From NCBI GenBank assembly GCA_023515725.1, contig JALDTO010000251.1, forward strand, positions 839,505 to 903,504: DNA of 64,000 bases, given 5' to 3'. Position 1 is the stretch's first letter. Every line of letters starts with the position of its first letter. Made by a program: the position numbers and the translations under genes. Under the pieces are notes generated by a model that saw only the letters and a program-made list of their open reading frames with translations, did not search any database and had not been told where the DNA came from. This stretch comes from Amoeboaphelidium protococcarum X5 (Eukaryota > Fungi > Aphelidiomycota). Below, piece by piece: positions 11,286-24,795 of the stretch.

Positions 11286-14237
11286 ATGGTGAAAACTATT
11301 GATATTCCAGTTGAGAACGGATCTCAGGTTATTGGTGTTAGAGTGGATGAACTGCCTGATGATGCAGGTGAGATTATCGGTATTCTGGAGGATGAATAGT
11401 GTAAAGAAGAGCTATGGATTGAGTTTGCAGTGGAGTATTATAAATAGGGCAAGCAGTAGAACTTTGTACTCTTCATTTAGGACGGTCTCAAGATGTATCA
11501 GAATTCTCATGTCTTGAACACGTTGTACTCTGGATATCTTTTGAATCGTGCGATTGCTATGTGTGATTCTGTTATGACTTCAGGTAGTGGCCAGGACACA
11601 GATGCATAGATGCTGGATAATTTGAAAAGCGGTTCTATTGCTTCCGTAGATGTACTGGTTAAGGATCTGCAGAGTCATCTTGGCACTATTGAGCGATCAA
11701 TGAAGGACCACCCGCAGACTATAGTGCTGAAAGGCTTCATGTATCTGTTAAAGTACTCTGCTGTGAATGCTCAGACTCAGTTTAAGACTGCTGATGAGCT
11801 ACTGAGATAGTAGCGTAGTAAGTAAGTAAAGAAATCTGATAATTCTGATAGGCATTTAGCAATAGCCAGTCAACTCGGTATGGCTATTTGCAACTATCTG
11901 TTGCATAATTATGAAGCTGCTCTGCACCAATTTTAGAATATCTTCAGAGAGAATCCTTAAATGGTTTATTAGAAGCGCGTCAATTTGTATCTCAGTATTG
12001 GGTATTGTTGGCATTAGCTCAAGTGCTATGACAAGGCTCTGTTGTGTTTCCAGCGTTCACTGGCCGTATTTGGTGAAGGTGAACGTAATTTGCATTCTCT
12101 CTACATGGCCGCTCTGGTTAATTACAATATGGCCAAGAGCGATGAGAGTTAGCGCTAGTGTCTACCTGCTGCCATCAGCTATCTGAAGAAGGCTTAGGCA
12201 TTGTGCACTAAATTGGATTCATCTGGCGGTAAGATTGTTAATTCTCCTGCGGTTGGTTTGTTATTGGGTCATGTACTGTTTACTAAAGGTGATTATGAAA
12301 AAAGTATTACACTGCTGACCAAGTACATTGACAGCAGTATTAGAAATCCGTAGATGAAATGTCAATGTTTTGCTCTCATTGGTAAAGCGTATCATAAACT
12401 GCAAAAGTTTGAAGAGGCTTAGCTGAATTATCAGATGGCTATCGATGCTGATAAGAATGTGGATCCTGAAGTGTATTAAGGCTTGGCTCAGATTAGTTTT
12501 GGAAAGGGTAAATTTGGTGACGCGTTGAGATTTATTAAATTCTGCACTGATAAATAGTCGTTTAGTGAGAATCCACACTGCTACAAGTTGATGGCCTCTA
12601 TAATGAGTAAAATTCCTGATAAAGCCGCAGAGTCCTAGAAGCTATTCTAAAAGTTCATTGATGTTGACGATGCTAATCAAGTGGAGATTCTGTTGCGTAT
12701 TGCGGAAATGTCGTCCGACTATAAGGATATGGAGAATGTGTTGCGTAAAGCTTTGTCTACCCTGTAAGGCGATGATGAAAGGAAGTTGCTTGTAATTAAT
12801 AACTTGGCTTGTATCAATGCTTTTTAGCAAGATTATGACAACTCACAGAAAATGTTTGATTAGGCACTGGAATGTTTTGGTTCTCTCGCGGTCTAGAATC
12901 CCAATCTGGGGAGCATTTTCTTGACAATTTTGTTCAATATGGCTCGCATGATTGAAGATTCTGCGCATATGAAGTTTAGTGTGAATTAGGATGCTGTTTC
13001 TAGAGATATGTTGTTAGCAAAGGCTGATGAGTTGTACGCCAAGATTCTGTAAAAGTAGCCTGATCATGTTGATTCTATATTGCGCACCGCTTATATCAAG
13101 GCAGCAAAGGGTCAAATATCCGAAGCATAGAAAGCTATATCATCAGCGTTATCTATTGCTGTTCCAGGGAGCGACTAAGGACCACCACCTGAAGTAGATA
13201 CAGCTATTAATTGCATGCTTGCAAGTGCTTGGATTGATCAGGTAGTGTCTCACTCTAGTAATCCAAGTAAACTTTCTCGTCAGTTGTATGACAAGATTCT
13301 AAAGTAGTACAAGTAGGATGATGTTTACAGTATGTGTTAGCTTGGTACTGATCGTCTGATGAATGCGCGACTTTTGGCATCCCAAAAGAGACCTGAACAG
13401 TAGCAATAGCTGTAAGGATAGAAACAGCCAAAGATTACCACTTCCACAGATTTGTATAAAGATGCATCCAAGTGGTTTGACAGGTGTCTCAAGTTAGATC
13501 CTGGTTGTGTGTGGGCTGCGCATGGTATTGCTATTATTTTGGCCGAAAATGGCCATCTTGATAGTGCGGTGCAGGCGTTTTCAGCTGTGCATGATAGCTG
13601 TCTGGGACTGAATGTGTTTGGAGATTATCAGTCGATACCTTCAAAGTATCAAGTTAGTCTGAATTATGCTCATTTACTTGTTGAGATGGAGTAATATTAG
13701 TCAGCTGTGGCTTTGTATGAGCAAGTAAATCAAGCTTTGGGAATGAAGAATGTTCAAGTCTTGTTGTATTTGGCCAGAGCTTATTATGTCCAGGCTAGAA
13801 CTTTGAATGCTCCTGTGGAAATGAGTTTGTGTATTAAGGCAGTCACTGCGGCGCTTCAGTGTGTCCCCAAAGATTTGGCTATGTAATTCAATTTGGCATT
13901 GGCTTTACAGTAGTACGCGCAACTGGTTTGTGATTAGGAGTCGGACACGCGAAAGTTGGAAGATTTGGAGCAGGCTGAGTAGTCTATCCAGAGAGCAAAG
14001 CAAATGTTTGGAGAAATTAAAGTGTAGATGCGCTAATTACAGGATAAAGATAAGAAAATAGTTCACAACCTGGGCTTTGATGCCAAATTGGCAGAGTAGC
14101 GTGAAAAGCATTGCGATCACATTTCTAGTTCAGTAAGTAGAAAGTTGACTCAGCACCGTGCCAACATTCAATTGTAACAAGAACGTATGGCTGAGTTGAA
14201 AAAATTGAGAGAGGAGCGCGAATCGATGACACTCTGA
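11286..14237 (+). CDS. CTR9: PAF1 complex TPR subunit Ctr9, 983 aa
   Basis: N-terminus IDIPVENGSQVIGVRVDELPDDAGEIIGILEDE...WIEFAVEYY; TPR repeats; DPGCVWAAHGIAIILAE; LNYAHLLVE; LLYLARAYY; FNLALALQ. Single frame in code 6. Confidence 0.88.
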
Positions 14238-14357
14238 CTTAATATCAAGTATTTGGGATCAAATTTAAACTGATTCTACTTTAGAGGTATTTCCATACTG
14301 ATCTTATTACAATCAGTAACTTTTTGGCATCGCCGCACATTGCGAGTTTTCGAGCTC

Positions 14358-14579
14358 TATCGCTCCAACTACTCTCAATCTGTAGCGAATAGCTACTTCA
14401 TATGTTAAATAGTTTTACGTTATTAAACTGAGTTTTGGTAAAGCCAAAGCAAATGAGGACAAGTTCGTCCTCAAACGCTGAAATTTGATCAACATGAGGA
14501 CGAGTTGGTCCTCATCGTTGCCCCTTGAATGCGCAATCAAGACATATCGCTCAAACTACTCTCAGTCTGTCGCGAATAG
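14358..14579. repeat. Direct repeats and two palindromes in non-genic DNA after CTR9
   Basis: 35-bp direct repeat 14358-14392 / 14545-14579 (3 mismatches) enclosing two TGAGGAC-N6-GTCCTCA palindromes (about 14454-14473 and 14495-14514). Confidence 0.7.
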
Positions 14580-15190
14580 TGTAAGTTGATAGTCTGTATG
14601 ATTTTTATGCCGTCAAACTCAGCCTGAGTGACGCTGTGTTGAATGAGGAATGTCCGCTAACGGATCGTGTGTTCGTCGACACGCTGCAGATTGTCCTCGC
14701 CGAATAATCAATCATAAAATGTCTAGAAGATTTTCAAACAGATCTCAAATCACTCACTCCCTGATATTCTTCGCTTGTAGTTGTGCTCTGTGCAGTATCT
14801 GAGATTGAGTTCGTCACTTTAGCCATGTGGGCCCTTAATTGTTGGCGGGCTAGTTTCCGTTCGACAGCCTCCTTAGGATAGTTCTACTAGAGCGTATCAA
14901 AGTCCGAGCACAGGAACTCGATTCGGTACGTAACAGCTTCTTCACCTTCAGGTGCGCAGTTGCTGTATTTTATTCCATATCGTTGTTTCCAGTGGTTGCC
15001 AATCCCGTGGGTGTTTGCAAGTCAATTTCCCGAGCGGGCTTAACTCATATAGAGTATAAAAAACTATATTTATCGTCGTTATGCACATCCATATGGACTT
15101 TTTGTGGGAAAAACCGGGAACAGCTTCTATTAGGTTGTAACGATTTCAAAATCGCAGAATCGTCTTTCATTTTTGACCGTAACAACAAAG

Positions 15191-15532
15191 ATGGCGTACA
15201 TCGAGTTTCGAAAGCGACGGTGTGAATTCAATGAAGACCACCTAAAAGAATTACTGCAGATTTTGTTGAGATGCATTAGGAAACGACAAGAGCTAGAGGC
15301 TGACCAAATTCAAGAAATGGTAGACAACGTGAGTGACTTCGTAGAGGCATTTAACTTTGCAAACCACTTGCCAAAATCTGAACATGATATTGATGTGCGA
15401 ATTGCTTATAATGACGATGGTGATCGAATGGAATTGTTGGCTATGTCGATAGAGGCGCAAATGGAGCCGCTTACGGTTCCCTACTGCGTTTGTACCATTG
15501 TTCTGAATGACGACGCATAGTTGATTGAGTGA
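15191..15532 (+). CDS. Small hypothetical acidic protein, 113 aa
   Basis: ATG..TGA ORF with protein-like composition (MAYIEFRKRRCEFNEDHLKELLQILL...); no recognised motif. Confidence 0.4.
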
Positions 15533-17036
15533 GGATGTCATTTTAGCTGTGTTTGTGCAAATAAAATGATTAGTCTTCATCTTTTACGTTGTCTTCTATC
15601 AGGCTCAATACAATCACGCTCACAAATGTGTGTATCTTTTGTGTAGATTCTTCTGCCAATATAAATCTTCCATGTCTTGACTTTAACGCGGAACCTTCAT
15701 TATTCTCGTCTCTTTCAGATACAGAAGAAATAGAAAAACCACCACTGCATTATGCTCACAAATAGACAAAAATTGCGATTAAAAGTCGGCGCGCTCAGTG
15801 TGACTACAGCATGGTTTCTCATATGGTCAATGCAGCGATAAAAAGAATCACAGATCAAAGGCACGCCTCTGTTCAAGGGTGTGATGTATTAGTTGAGAAC
15901 TGATCGCAGCGTGAAAAAGTGGATTGGCGAAGACGTGCAATGCATCAGCAGAAAGTCAGTCACGGGATACTTTTATGAGCTATTTGGAAAGAGTTACGGC
16001 GAATCCTTGTTCGGATACGTGAACCACCTCAGAGGACGAGCATAATTGTAATTTACAGTAGAGGGCAGTAAAGGTATGAATGAATGATTGATTCCCATAA
16101 CGTCATCAACAATCAACATCTATGAGATCATGATCATCAATGTGTAGGAAAGGGACGCGTCGAAGTTTAGGCGGTGAAACAGTTGGGAGAACGCAAAGAG
16201 TGGCTTCTCAACAAGATGACTGTGGATGTGGCTGGAGAATAGATTCTGCGTCTTGATAATAACGACACTGTAGACAAATAACTGAAGACAGTTGATACAT
16301 AAGAGGGGCTTTCTCCTCATAAAGCTATCCACTGAATAGATTCTATTGTTTTCTGTACTAAATAGACATTTCAACATTATAGAATTTTAAAATTCAGACT
16401 TCCTTCTATGCATAGTGATATAAAATTTCGTTTTAAAGTTGGTGTATTTTCAGCTTGCCATAGACACAAAGTAATAGATCATCATGGAGTAAGAAAAGAG
16501 ATGACGCTATATATAGGAAGATATAACCTTAAAGAAAATATCTGGTGACAAATATGGCGTTCAAAAGTCAGCAGATCAATGTGTGTATGTGTGGCTGAGT
16601 CTTCTCACCAATTCGAGAATGCCACACGTTGATCCCACCCATTCAATCCAAACAAACAGTTCCCTCTCGCACCCGCTGCTTGGCTTACAGAAAATTCAAC
16701 GACCGTTCAGCCGCGCGCGTTTCTAATCTCATCCCATCAAGGAAGAAGAAGAAATCTGCCGAGCGATAAACACTTCACTTGGCCTCGTCTCTCTCTCTCA
16801 CTCCGTTTTTGTACTGACCTACTCTGAAAGCTTAATTCTTATCCGGTAAGAATTGCTTAAAGTAAGTGGTTTTAGCTCAGTTAATAATTCAAGAAGACTT
16901 ATTTTGGTGCTTGTTTTGTTTGACAAATTGGTTAAGATTTCAGGTGGATTGTGTTAGCAGTATAGCCTATTACATTATAGAAGGTGGTATAGAAGAAGCA
17001 CGTCATTATAACACCTACTACCATAATTCATAAATA

Positions 17037-18902
17037 ATGACCAAGAGAATAGAGGACATGTCTGCCTACATTTGGAAAGGATTCTACAAAAAGACCTTGA
17101 AAGAGAGGCAGGCTTTGGTGGCATAGCAGTATCCCGATCTCTTTAGCCAGGTGGAGTCGTCGTCGTCTTCATCGATGATGGGTGATGATCTGGACGATCT
17201 TGATTGCACTGGTAATAACAATAGTCATAAGAGTGTTAGTAATGGCATTGCAAGTAAGCGTGCTAGTACTGTGTCCAATAGTAATAGTGATGAAGAGTTT
17301 GAGAAGAGTAGCGTGGTTGAAGAGTCTCAATATTCTGCTTCACCTGCGCATTCAAGTGCTAGTGTTGCGAGAAGTAGCAGCAGTAGTAGCAGTTTGTCTG
17401 GCAACTCTTTTTATTAGGAATTTCCACTCAGTACTGTTGACGTGCAGATTTTGGAGAAGATGATTGAGAACTGTGTCGGTGTGTTGGGGCTTCCTCTTGG
17501 CCTCAGCTTCCATCTAATTATGAATGGTCAGCGCTTTGTCGTGCCAATGGCTATTGAAGAACCTTCCGTGGTGGCTGCGCTGAGTTTCTCTTTCAAGACT
17601 CTATGCCATGATGACTCTTCTGGTCCTTTGAATCCCGTGCCTATTGATGGTGCTCTTCCGGAATCGATTGGTATGGAGGCTTTCTGCTCATTTGAACGTA
17701 ATGTCATTGATGGCTAGATCCTGATCAAGTGTCATTAAGAGGATATTGCTTCTGATGTCTAAGCTCTGCTTTTATCTGAAATGGACAATATATTACAGTA
17801 GGCTTAGAGCAAGTGTCGTCCCAATCTCATTAAGCGCGGTGGTGGAGTTGTCGGCGGCAAAGTGAAGGTGCTCAGTGCCGATAAGGTGACTCTCACTATC
17901 ACTGTTGACGTATAAGAATCTATGGGAGCCAACACGGTCAATGATATGCTTGAGGGATTGAAACCGTACATCAATTACATGGTATCCTCGAAATATAATG
18001 CGCATGTTATGATCTGCATCCTCTCTAATTTTGCACCTAATAGATTGGTAACTGCTAGATTCAAGGTGGATGTTGCTAGTGTTGCATATAAATCATTTTC
18101 TGGTCTGGAGGCGGCGTAGAGAATCATTGATGCTAACGAGTGGGCCAAATTGGACATTTAGCGGGCAGTTACTCACAATAAGGGTATAATGAACGGTATT
18201 GATGCTGTAGCTGTTGCTTGTGGATAGGATTGGCGTGCATTAGAAGCTGGTATTCATGCATACGCATCCACTATTGTTTCTTCAACATCAGATGTCAACA
18301 ATAAGCAGTAGTATCGCTGTCTGACAGAGTATAGATTGGTTACTGATTCTCATTTGGGAAAGTAGTATTTGGAAGGTGAGATAACTCTTCCACTTCAAGT
18401 TGGTGTTGTTGGTGGTGCGATTACGTCTAACCCGGCGCATAAGTATTGTCTCGGTTTGATGAATAATCCAGACTGTAAGACTTTTGCCTAAATTCTGGCT
18501 TGTGTTGGCCTGGCTCAGAATTTCGGAGCTTTGCGTGCACTGGTCACTGAGGGAATCTAGCGAGGTCATATGGCTATGCATGCTCGTAATATCGCTCTCA
18601 GTGCAGGATCGCTGCCTGACTTGGTGGATGCTGTGGCTCAGTAAATGATAGCCAATAACACTATCAATTAAGATTGTGCCAAGGAATATCTGAAGCAATT
18701 GAAGAAGTAGTCGAATTAAGCAATGAATGGTCATAAAGTAAACCTCCAGTAGTAAGTGTTTGATAGAAATGGGCATTCCCTCCTCAATGGCGATTCGCCG
18801 TCTTCTGGTAGATTATAGACTAATGGAAGACAGCGTGAAAATAGCAGTTAGAGAAGCTAATCTAGTTTTGTGTCTTTGGAAGGCAATGTCAATTTAAAGT
18901 GA
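17037..18902 (+). CDS. mvaA: HMG-CoA reductase, class II (bacterial/MvaA type), 621 aa
   Basis: [97 protein letters not shown]; no membrane or sterol-sensing domain. Confidence 0.93.
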
Positions 18903-19156
18903 TTCTTATTGTACAATCTTTTGAGTGCTGGCCTTCGGCTCACTTATGAGCAGTCGGTCATTCATAGTGTAAGTGTAAATGTTCGCGATTAATTAAACAG
19001 AAGCTCTATTTAAGTGTAATGAAAGCTTTCTCTTTTATTTTCTCACAATATCATTCTACTAACAGATTATAGCATGACTGCCTTGTTATTCAGCGTAGAA
19101 TAATCAGACTTCCAATGATGACTGTACACTTTAAAAATCCATGTCTGTATATAAAA

Positions 19157-20848
19157 TCATTCCAGAACACTTTGCATATATTGCTGGGTGGCCATGAGAG
19201 CATAATACCGCACCTCGCTATCACTACTAGACATCAACTCCATGATACGCTCCTTGGCTCCAAGCGACTACAACTACTTCTTACCCTGCTTGGCACAGTA
19301 CTTGAGAAATTTGGCAACATCATGGCAGGCAACGGCGAGACGAACGCTCTCAGTGCTCTATTGTAGACAGGAAACCAACAACTTTAACAGCTCTGCATTG
19401 TTATCAAGCAATTTGTATGCATTCTGCTTCCACAACTTTTCGCTGTCATGCACGGGACTCCAATCGAGACGCTGAGACCGCAGCTCACTAATGTACTCGT
19501 CCCAAGCGGTGAGGGAGGATATCACAATACTCAACTACTCCTTGAACCATTTCAAATCAGTGACAATATCTTCATCTGACCACTTTCTCGATAGGAGATT
19601 ATCAACCATAGTGGCAGACTTGGTGCCAACAAATGCGGATATAATACCAGTCTATGCTGGAGCATCGTGAACTTTTCTATTAGTCAACTTATCCTCACCA
19701 CTACCAGCACCAACACCATCGATATCTACACCGCCTGACTATCCATCTGTGATAATCTTGCCTGAAGACGACTGGCTCATTGCAAAGCTCAACATATTTC
19801 TCATCACAGACAAGCAAACGCGTACCACCTTCTCCTTTATAGAGCTTCTGGTAATGTCAACCAGAGTCGGAATGATATTATACTGTGTCTAGAACTGAAC
19901 TGCAATAGATTGATTCAGAGTCAATAACCAAATACAGACGATAACCTGATACTATAGCTGAGGATTCTTAAACTGCGAATCCTCTTTTGATCCACCAGGT
20001 GCGGATCGCTGCAATAACTCTGCCAGAACATCACCACCTTTAGTCATATCCCAAAAGAACTTGCGATTCTTAGACTGACGCAATACAGCCGCCAACGACT
20101 GCAGATAAACATCAATCTGACTGCTAATCTTCAAGTTACTCCCGTAACCACTCGCTCCACTCTACAAGAACTGACGAACCTGAGACATGTTCCATCTCAG
20201 AAATTCAGTCATTTTTGACTCGGCAACAGACTTGGGCCACAGCGAAAGGAGATCGGCAAACAGCTTACAGCTCTACAACTGGACAAAAGTGTCATCCTTG
20301 AGCATTAACTTCAATAAGAGAGAGAAGAGAGTAGATGCACTGCTAAGTTGACTCAGCCGATGTACAAGGGCGGGGGATATCGCTGCACCATACAGAACAT
20401 CGTCCATGTGTACCAGCAACTGCTGCAAAGTATCGACACGAACAATCTTTTACATGAAGCTAATCAATAATGTAAAATACTCCTCAATCTCTGGTACCAC
20501 TGCTTGGTTATTTCCAGAATTATTGTCAGCAGAAGAGCTAGTACTTGAACCATTGACAGACTAACCGAGACTCAGAACGTCAATTCCTCTAGCAAGTGCA
20601 GCATCTTCAATACAACGCTCAATAGGCTGGTGACCAACACTGAACTTGGCATACTTTATAATCTTGTCATACTCTGCATCGGTAATCATATTCGCAGTGT
20701 GGAAAGCCTCCCACGACACACTGGGTTTCTACCGAACACTTCTCCCCTCTTCAATTAAGTAGTAACATGTTACACCTGAGAGCATAAACTCTCGAAATTG
20801 GTACTTGTTCGCCTCACTTTAAGTGGTTAAATTCTAAGAATTATCCAT
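19157..20848 (-). CDS. VMA13: V-type ATPase V1 subunit H, 563 aa
   Basis: VSWEAFHTANMIT; PQLQYQVIVCIWLL; KEKVVRVCL; KWSDEDI; LDWSPVHDSEKLWKQNA; LAVACHD; LGAKERIMELM; EVRYYALMA. Confidence 0.93.
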
Positions 20849-21187
20849 ATTCACCTTCAATAATCTATTAACGAATAACAACCTATGGTCTTATAATCAA
20901 TCAACTTCTTAAGCGTTAAAAGTACACTGACTTTCCAAAGGGAAGAAAAGCGGAATGAAGAGAAAGATCTATCTCCAGGACGGGACAAGGGAAGAGAGCG
21001 AGAAAGAAGATTAAACGGAGACTTGCGTGATCTAAGTGCCCAAAAGTCGATCAGTTGTTTCAGATTTGAAATTCCATTTTTTTAATTTATCTACACTTTT
21101 CCGTAGTTGATTTCACATATTGCATACAGTATAAAAAAATCTTCCAGATCAAATACTTTACTATCTAATCATAATTGCCTTATTCGG

Positions 21188-22697
21188 ATGAACAGATAAC
21201 AAATTGAAAAGAAGTTGGCCACCGTGCGTCTGGAAATCGTTGAGGCTTAAAAGAAATTTGTTCATGCTTAATAGATGGTGAAGGATTTAGTCGGTGGGGA
21301 TGAAAATCAGCAATATTTTATACTGTTGTAGCCGCATACCGTCTTGATCAATAATTTAAGGAGTAATGAAATTGATTTGATGGAATAATTGAAGATACTT
21401 GGGTCTGCTGTGGCGGTCTCTGCATCTGCTCCTCCTCCGTTTACCGCGAATGACTTTCTTAATCTCGCGTTGCCGCCCGTGACTTATGACGAAAGACCTG
21501 ATAATAAATCTAGTACTTCAAGAGCCAATCCTAGAATTCCTAAGAAAGTGGAATTGTGGTCTGATTTCTCTGTTTAGGCTGATTAGTTTAAATATCCTGA
21601 GAATTTGGTTGTTAATCGCCGGAGCTTTCACTCTGTCGAAGAGCCGATATAAGCGGAGAAAATCGTTGACCACTATGTTCATAGTAACATTATACGCATG
21701 ATGAACTTTTTTCTCAAGGATATTGGATCTGACATAAAGTTAGCTGCTAACCAAATACCGGAATTTAAAGGTGTACCAGATTATATTGCTTGTAAAGAAA
21801 ATTTAGATAAGACTAACAGTCCTTATTCCTTCGTTGAGGTGAAGACGATTTGGGATTTACCTACACCACCTAATGGGGAGACGTTGGTAGATTGGTGGCA
21901 TTCTGACGTGGAGTATGAACTGGGAGAGGGCTCACGAAGAGCTGGGAAGAGTATCTTCCACGAAATTACGCAATCATATGGTTATCTGTCATTTAACAGT
22001 CTCCGCTATGCAGCACTGACTACCTATGAAAGTACCTGGTTTCTTTATCGTCCTCAAGCTGGATCCCTTTTTATATCTGAGCCATATGATTGTTAATCAG
22101 TTCTTCGCGGCTTTTGTTACCTATTATCCCTGATAGAAGTGAATCACTCTACGGAGAAATCGCCTGAGTCTACCCCCTCATCTCCTCGAAAGTCGTTTTC
22201 TGTACCCTCATCATATCATCCATATAATACGCGATCAAGTGCTATAAACAGCTTTCCAGCTGGTTTTAGTATATCTAGCTTGGATCATGCCATTCCCATT
22301 GGCGGCGGGAAATGCGGATAAGTATATAAGTGGAATGTTGACGGTTTTGACATGGCGGTTAAGATTTGTGATCCTAAGAACCATGTTGGTCATAAAATGA
22401 TGAAGAATGAATTTAAAGTCTATGACGTTCTACAAGAGTTGCAGGGTGATTGTGTCCCAAAGCTGTACTTGCATGGAAAAGTGGAAGGCTCTAATGTCAT
22501 GGGGATGCAATTGATTGATGTTGACCATGTTGAGCCTCAAGAAATCCAGCCTTAGCTGGACGATATTTGGGGGCGTATAGAGTAATTTGGTGTTGTTCGT
22601 GGCGATATTTAATTGAACAATGTTCTTTTAAACAAAGCAAAACAAGGTTTAGCTGATCGATTTTGGTCTGAGTAAGATTGGAATTATGAGAGGATGA
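21188..22697 (+). pseudogene. Crinkler/CR-like REase-fold plus kinase gene with a frameshift before the DFG motif
   Basis: Helical N-terminus; PDY...FVEVKT...QSYGYLSFNSLRYAALTTYESTWFL (PD-(D/E)xK-like); IGGGKCG, MAVK, NEFKVY..LQELQG.CVPKL; catalytic loop reads RGDIQLNN; LIDFGLSK is in the +1 frame from about 22640. Confidence 0.7.
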
Positions 22698-22770
22698 ACA
22701 GATGTACATTAAAATATTAGTTCAAATTCAATTTCACCTTCTTTATTGTCGCAACCAAGTCACACGCATT

Positions 22771-24795
22771 TCAATCAAAGCGCTTAATCAACTTTAAAAG
22801 AGAACCTTTCTAAACTGAGGTACCACCGACCTAAAGTTAGCTCGGTACTAGCGCCAAAGCATCAACTGCCACCCAACTCTGCAATCGACTGCTGACTTGT
22901 ACTCCAGTCGTTCTAAAAGTCGCGTTATTATCATTCCGGGTTAAGCGAACAACTTCTGGGCGAGTCTTATCACGAGTAAACTCTTCACTAACTTTTATCC
23001 TTTCGCTGTCCTCACTGTTAAGACGAACAATCATAGACTTTAATTGAGTATCAGTTTAACGGTACAAATCATTTACAAATGGGTCTACAATTACATGGAA
23101 CATTGTGAGTGCACTAACAGGATTACCAGGTAACGCGAATATAAATTTGGCAGTACCAAATTCAGGTCGTCTACATATAGCGATAGTAGTAGGAAGGCCC
23201 GGCTTTATATTAATTCTTCCACAGATCAACTCAACACCTCTCAGAGATTCTAGAATTGGCTTAATTAAATCATAATCCCCCATTGAAACACCGCCTGTAG
23301 AAATTAAAACATCACACACAGAGAGACCATCTTCAATTGCTTGTGTTAAAATCTGACGATCATCTGCCAAAAGTCCAAGATCAAGTGCGACGATTCCTTG
23401 TTTTTATTACAAAGCATGCAGAAGCATTGGTCTATTACTATCTCTTACCTGAAATGAGCCATGATTCTAATCATTATCTGCCGCCATGATTTCACTGCCA
23501 CTCGATAAAACTGCAACTTTAACTGATTCATAAACAGACACAGAAGAGACTCCACTTCCATGCAGTAGGCCAACTTCCCCACCACTCCTAGATATCATCT
23601 ACCCTTTGGCCAACACCAACTATCCACGACTCAGATCGCTACCTTTCGTTCTAATATGACTTCCTCTTTATATCTAATTAACAGCAGATTAATCAAACTT
23701 TACTCGCGTCTTATTGTCAATGCACTGAACCGACGCATACTCAACCGGGATCACAGCGTCAGTCCCTTCAGGGATAGGAACGCCAGTGGCAACTTTGATA
23801 ATATCTCTAGATGATTGTTTGATACCAGGCTTCGAACTCAATTACACCGAATTTACCTCACCAACTACATTATACTATACGCTAGAGTCTATTGGTAACT
23901 TTACTGCATATCCATCCATTCGAGACACGTCGACAGACGGGATATTTAATTAAGACAACACATCCTCACTAATAACATCTCCAGTTTTTAGCTAAGATAC
24001 GTCTACCACCTTTTTGGCCATAGAGCGATGTCCTTACAGAGCAGTAAGTTCATCTCGCAATTTCTACAAAACATGAGTAAGCTCAACCATCGGATACTTT
24101 GACAATTATCGCAACTCATCAGCTCTGTTATCTACAGCTTCAACTTGAATACCACAAGAACACCCTTCATCACCCGTATTTTATGCGTTCGAGTTGACCT
24201 CAGAGGTTACAACTGATGATGATTCCATACCATGATGAAACTTACGCTCCATTGACCCGCGACAAAAGTTTAATAAATGATTAAGAACCTTGAAATTGGT
24301 TTAGCTATTACCGCCAGCATTCTCAAAGGCGACCAACGCATCAAGGCACTCTACGACAGCCTTTGGTTTACCCGGGAAGCAGGTGATCAAGCATCCGTTG
24401 AATTTGGAACGCGTCAATTTCAGCCCGCATACAATTCTACTGAGAACGGCGAACGGAGTATGCTTCAGTGACTGTTAATTAATGTGCTATTCAAGCGCGT
24501 CGAATCGCTTATCCAGCAATGGTAACACAGACTCGGGAGTGACATCGCTAATACTAGCTCCAGTTCCACCAGAAGTGATTATCCAGTCATATCCTTCATT
24601 TATCAAATCCAATATGCGAGCACTGATTTAACTGCTATCATCTGCGCATTAAGACTAGCATCCTATTCTAAAAGGCATTTAATTTTAGAGACATTCATTC
24701 AACCATTCCTTAATCTTTTCTGAAGTTTAATCATATTAGACATCAGAGACTGCACGATCTGATATGATCAAAGTGGCAATTTTGAATGGCTCCAT
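22771..24795 (-). CDS. GPHN: Gephyrin-type molybdenum cofactor biosynthesis protein (MogA G-domain plus MoeA E-domain), 674 aa
   Basis: LIISDR, ITSGGTG..SDVTPE, LPGKPKAV.EC; SKYPMV, SRMDGYAV, VATGVPIPEGTDAVIPVE, DSNRPML, STGGVSMGDYD, KPGLP, LPGNPVSA, TGVQVSSRL. Confidence 0.93.

Noticed and set aside
14735-15050. Minus-strand ORF in the island after CTR9
   Set aside because: An in-frame TGA follows shortly after the upstream ATG and there is no recognisable motif.
10501-24795. Pterin pathway cluster (PTS and gephyrin)
   Set aside because: About 12 kb apart with unrelated genes between, and they belong to different pathways (BH4 vs Moco).
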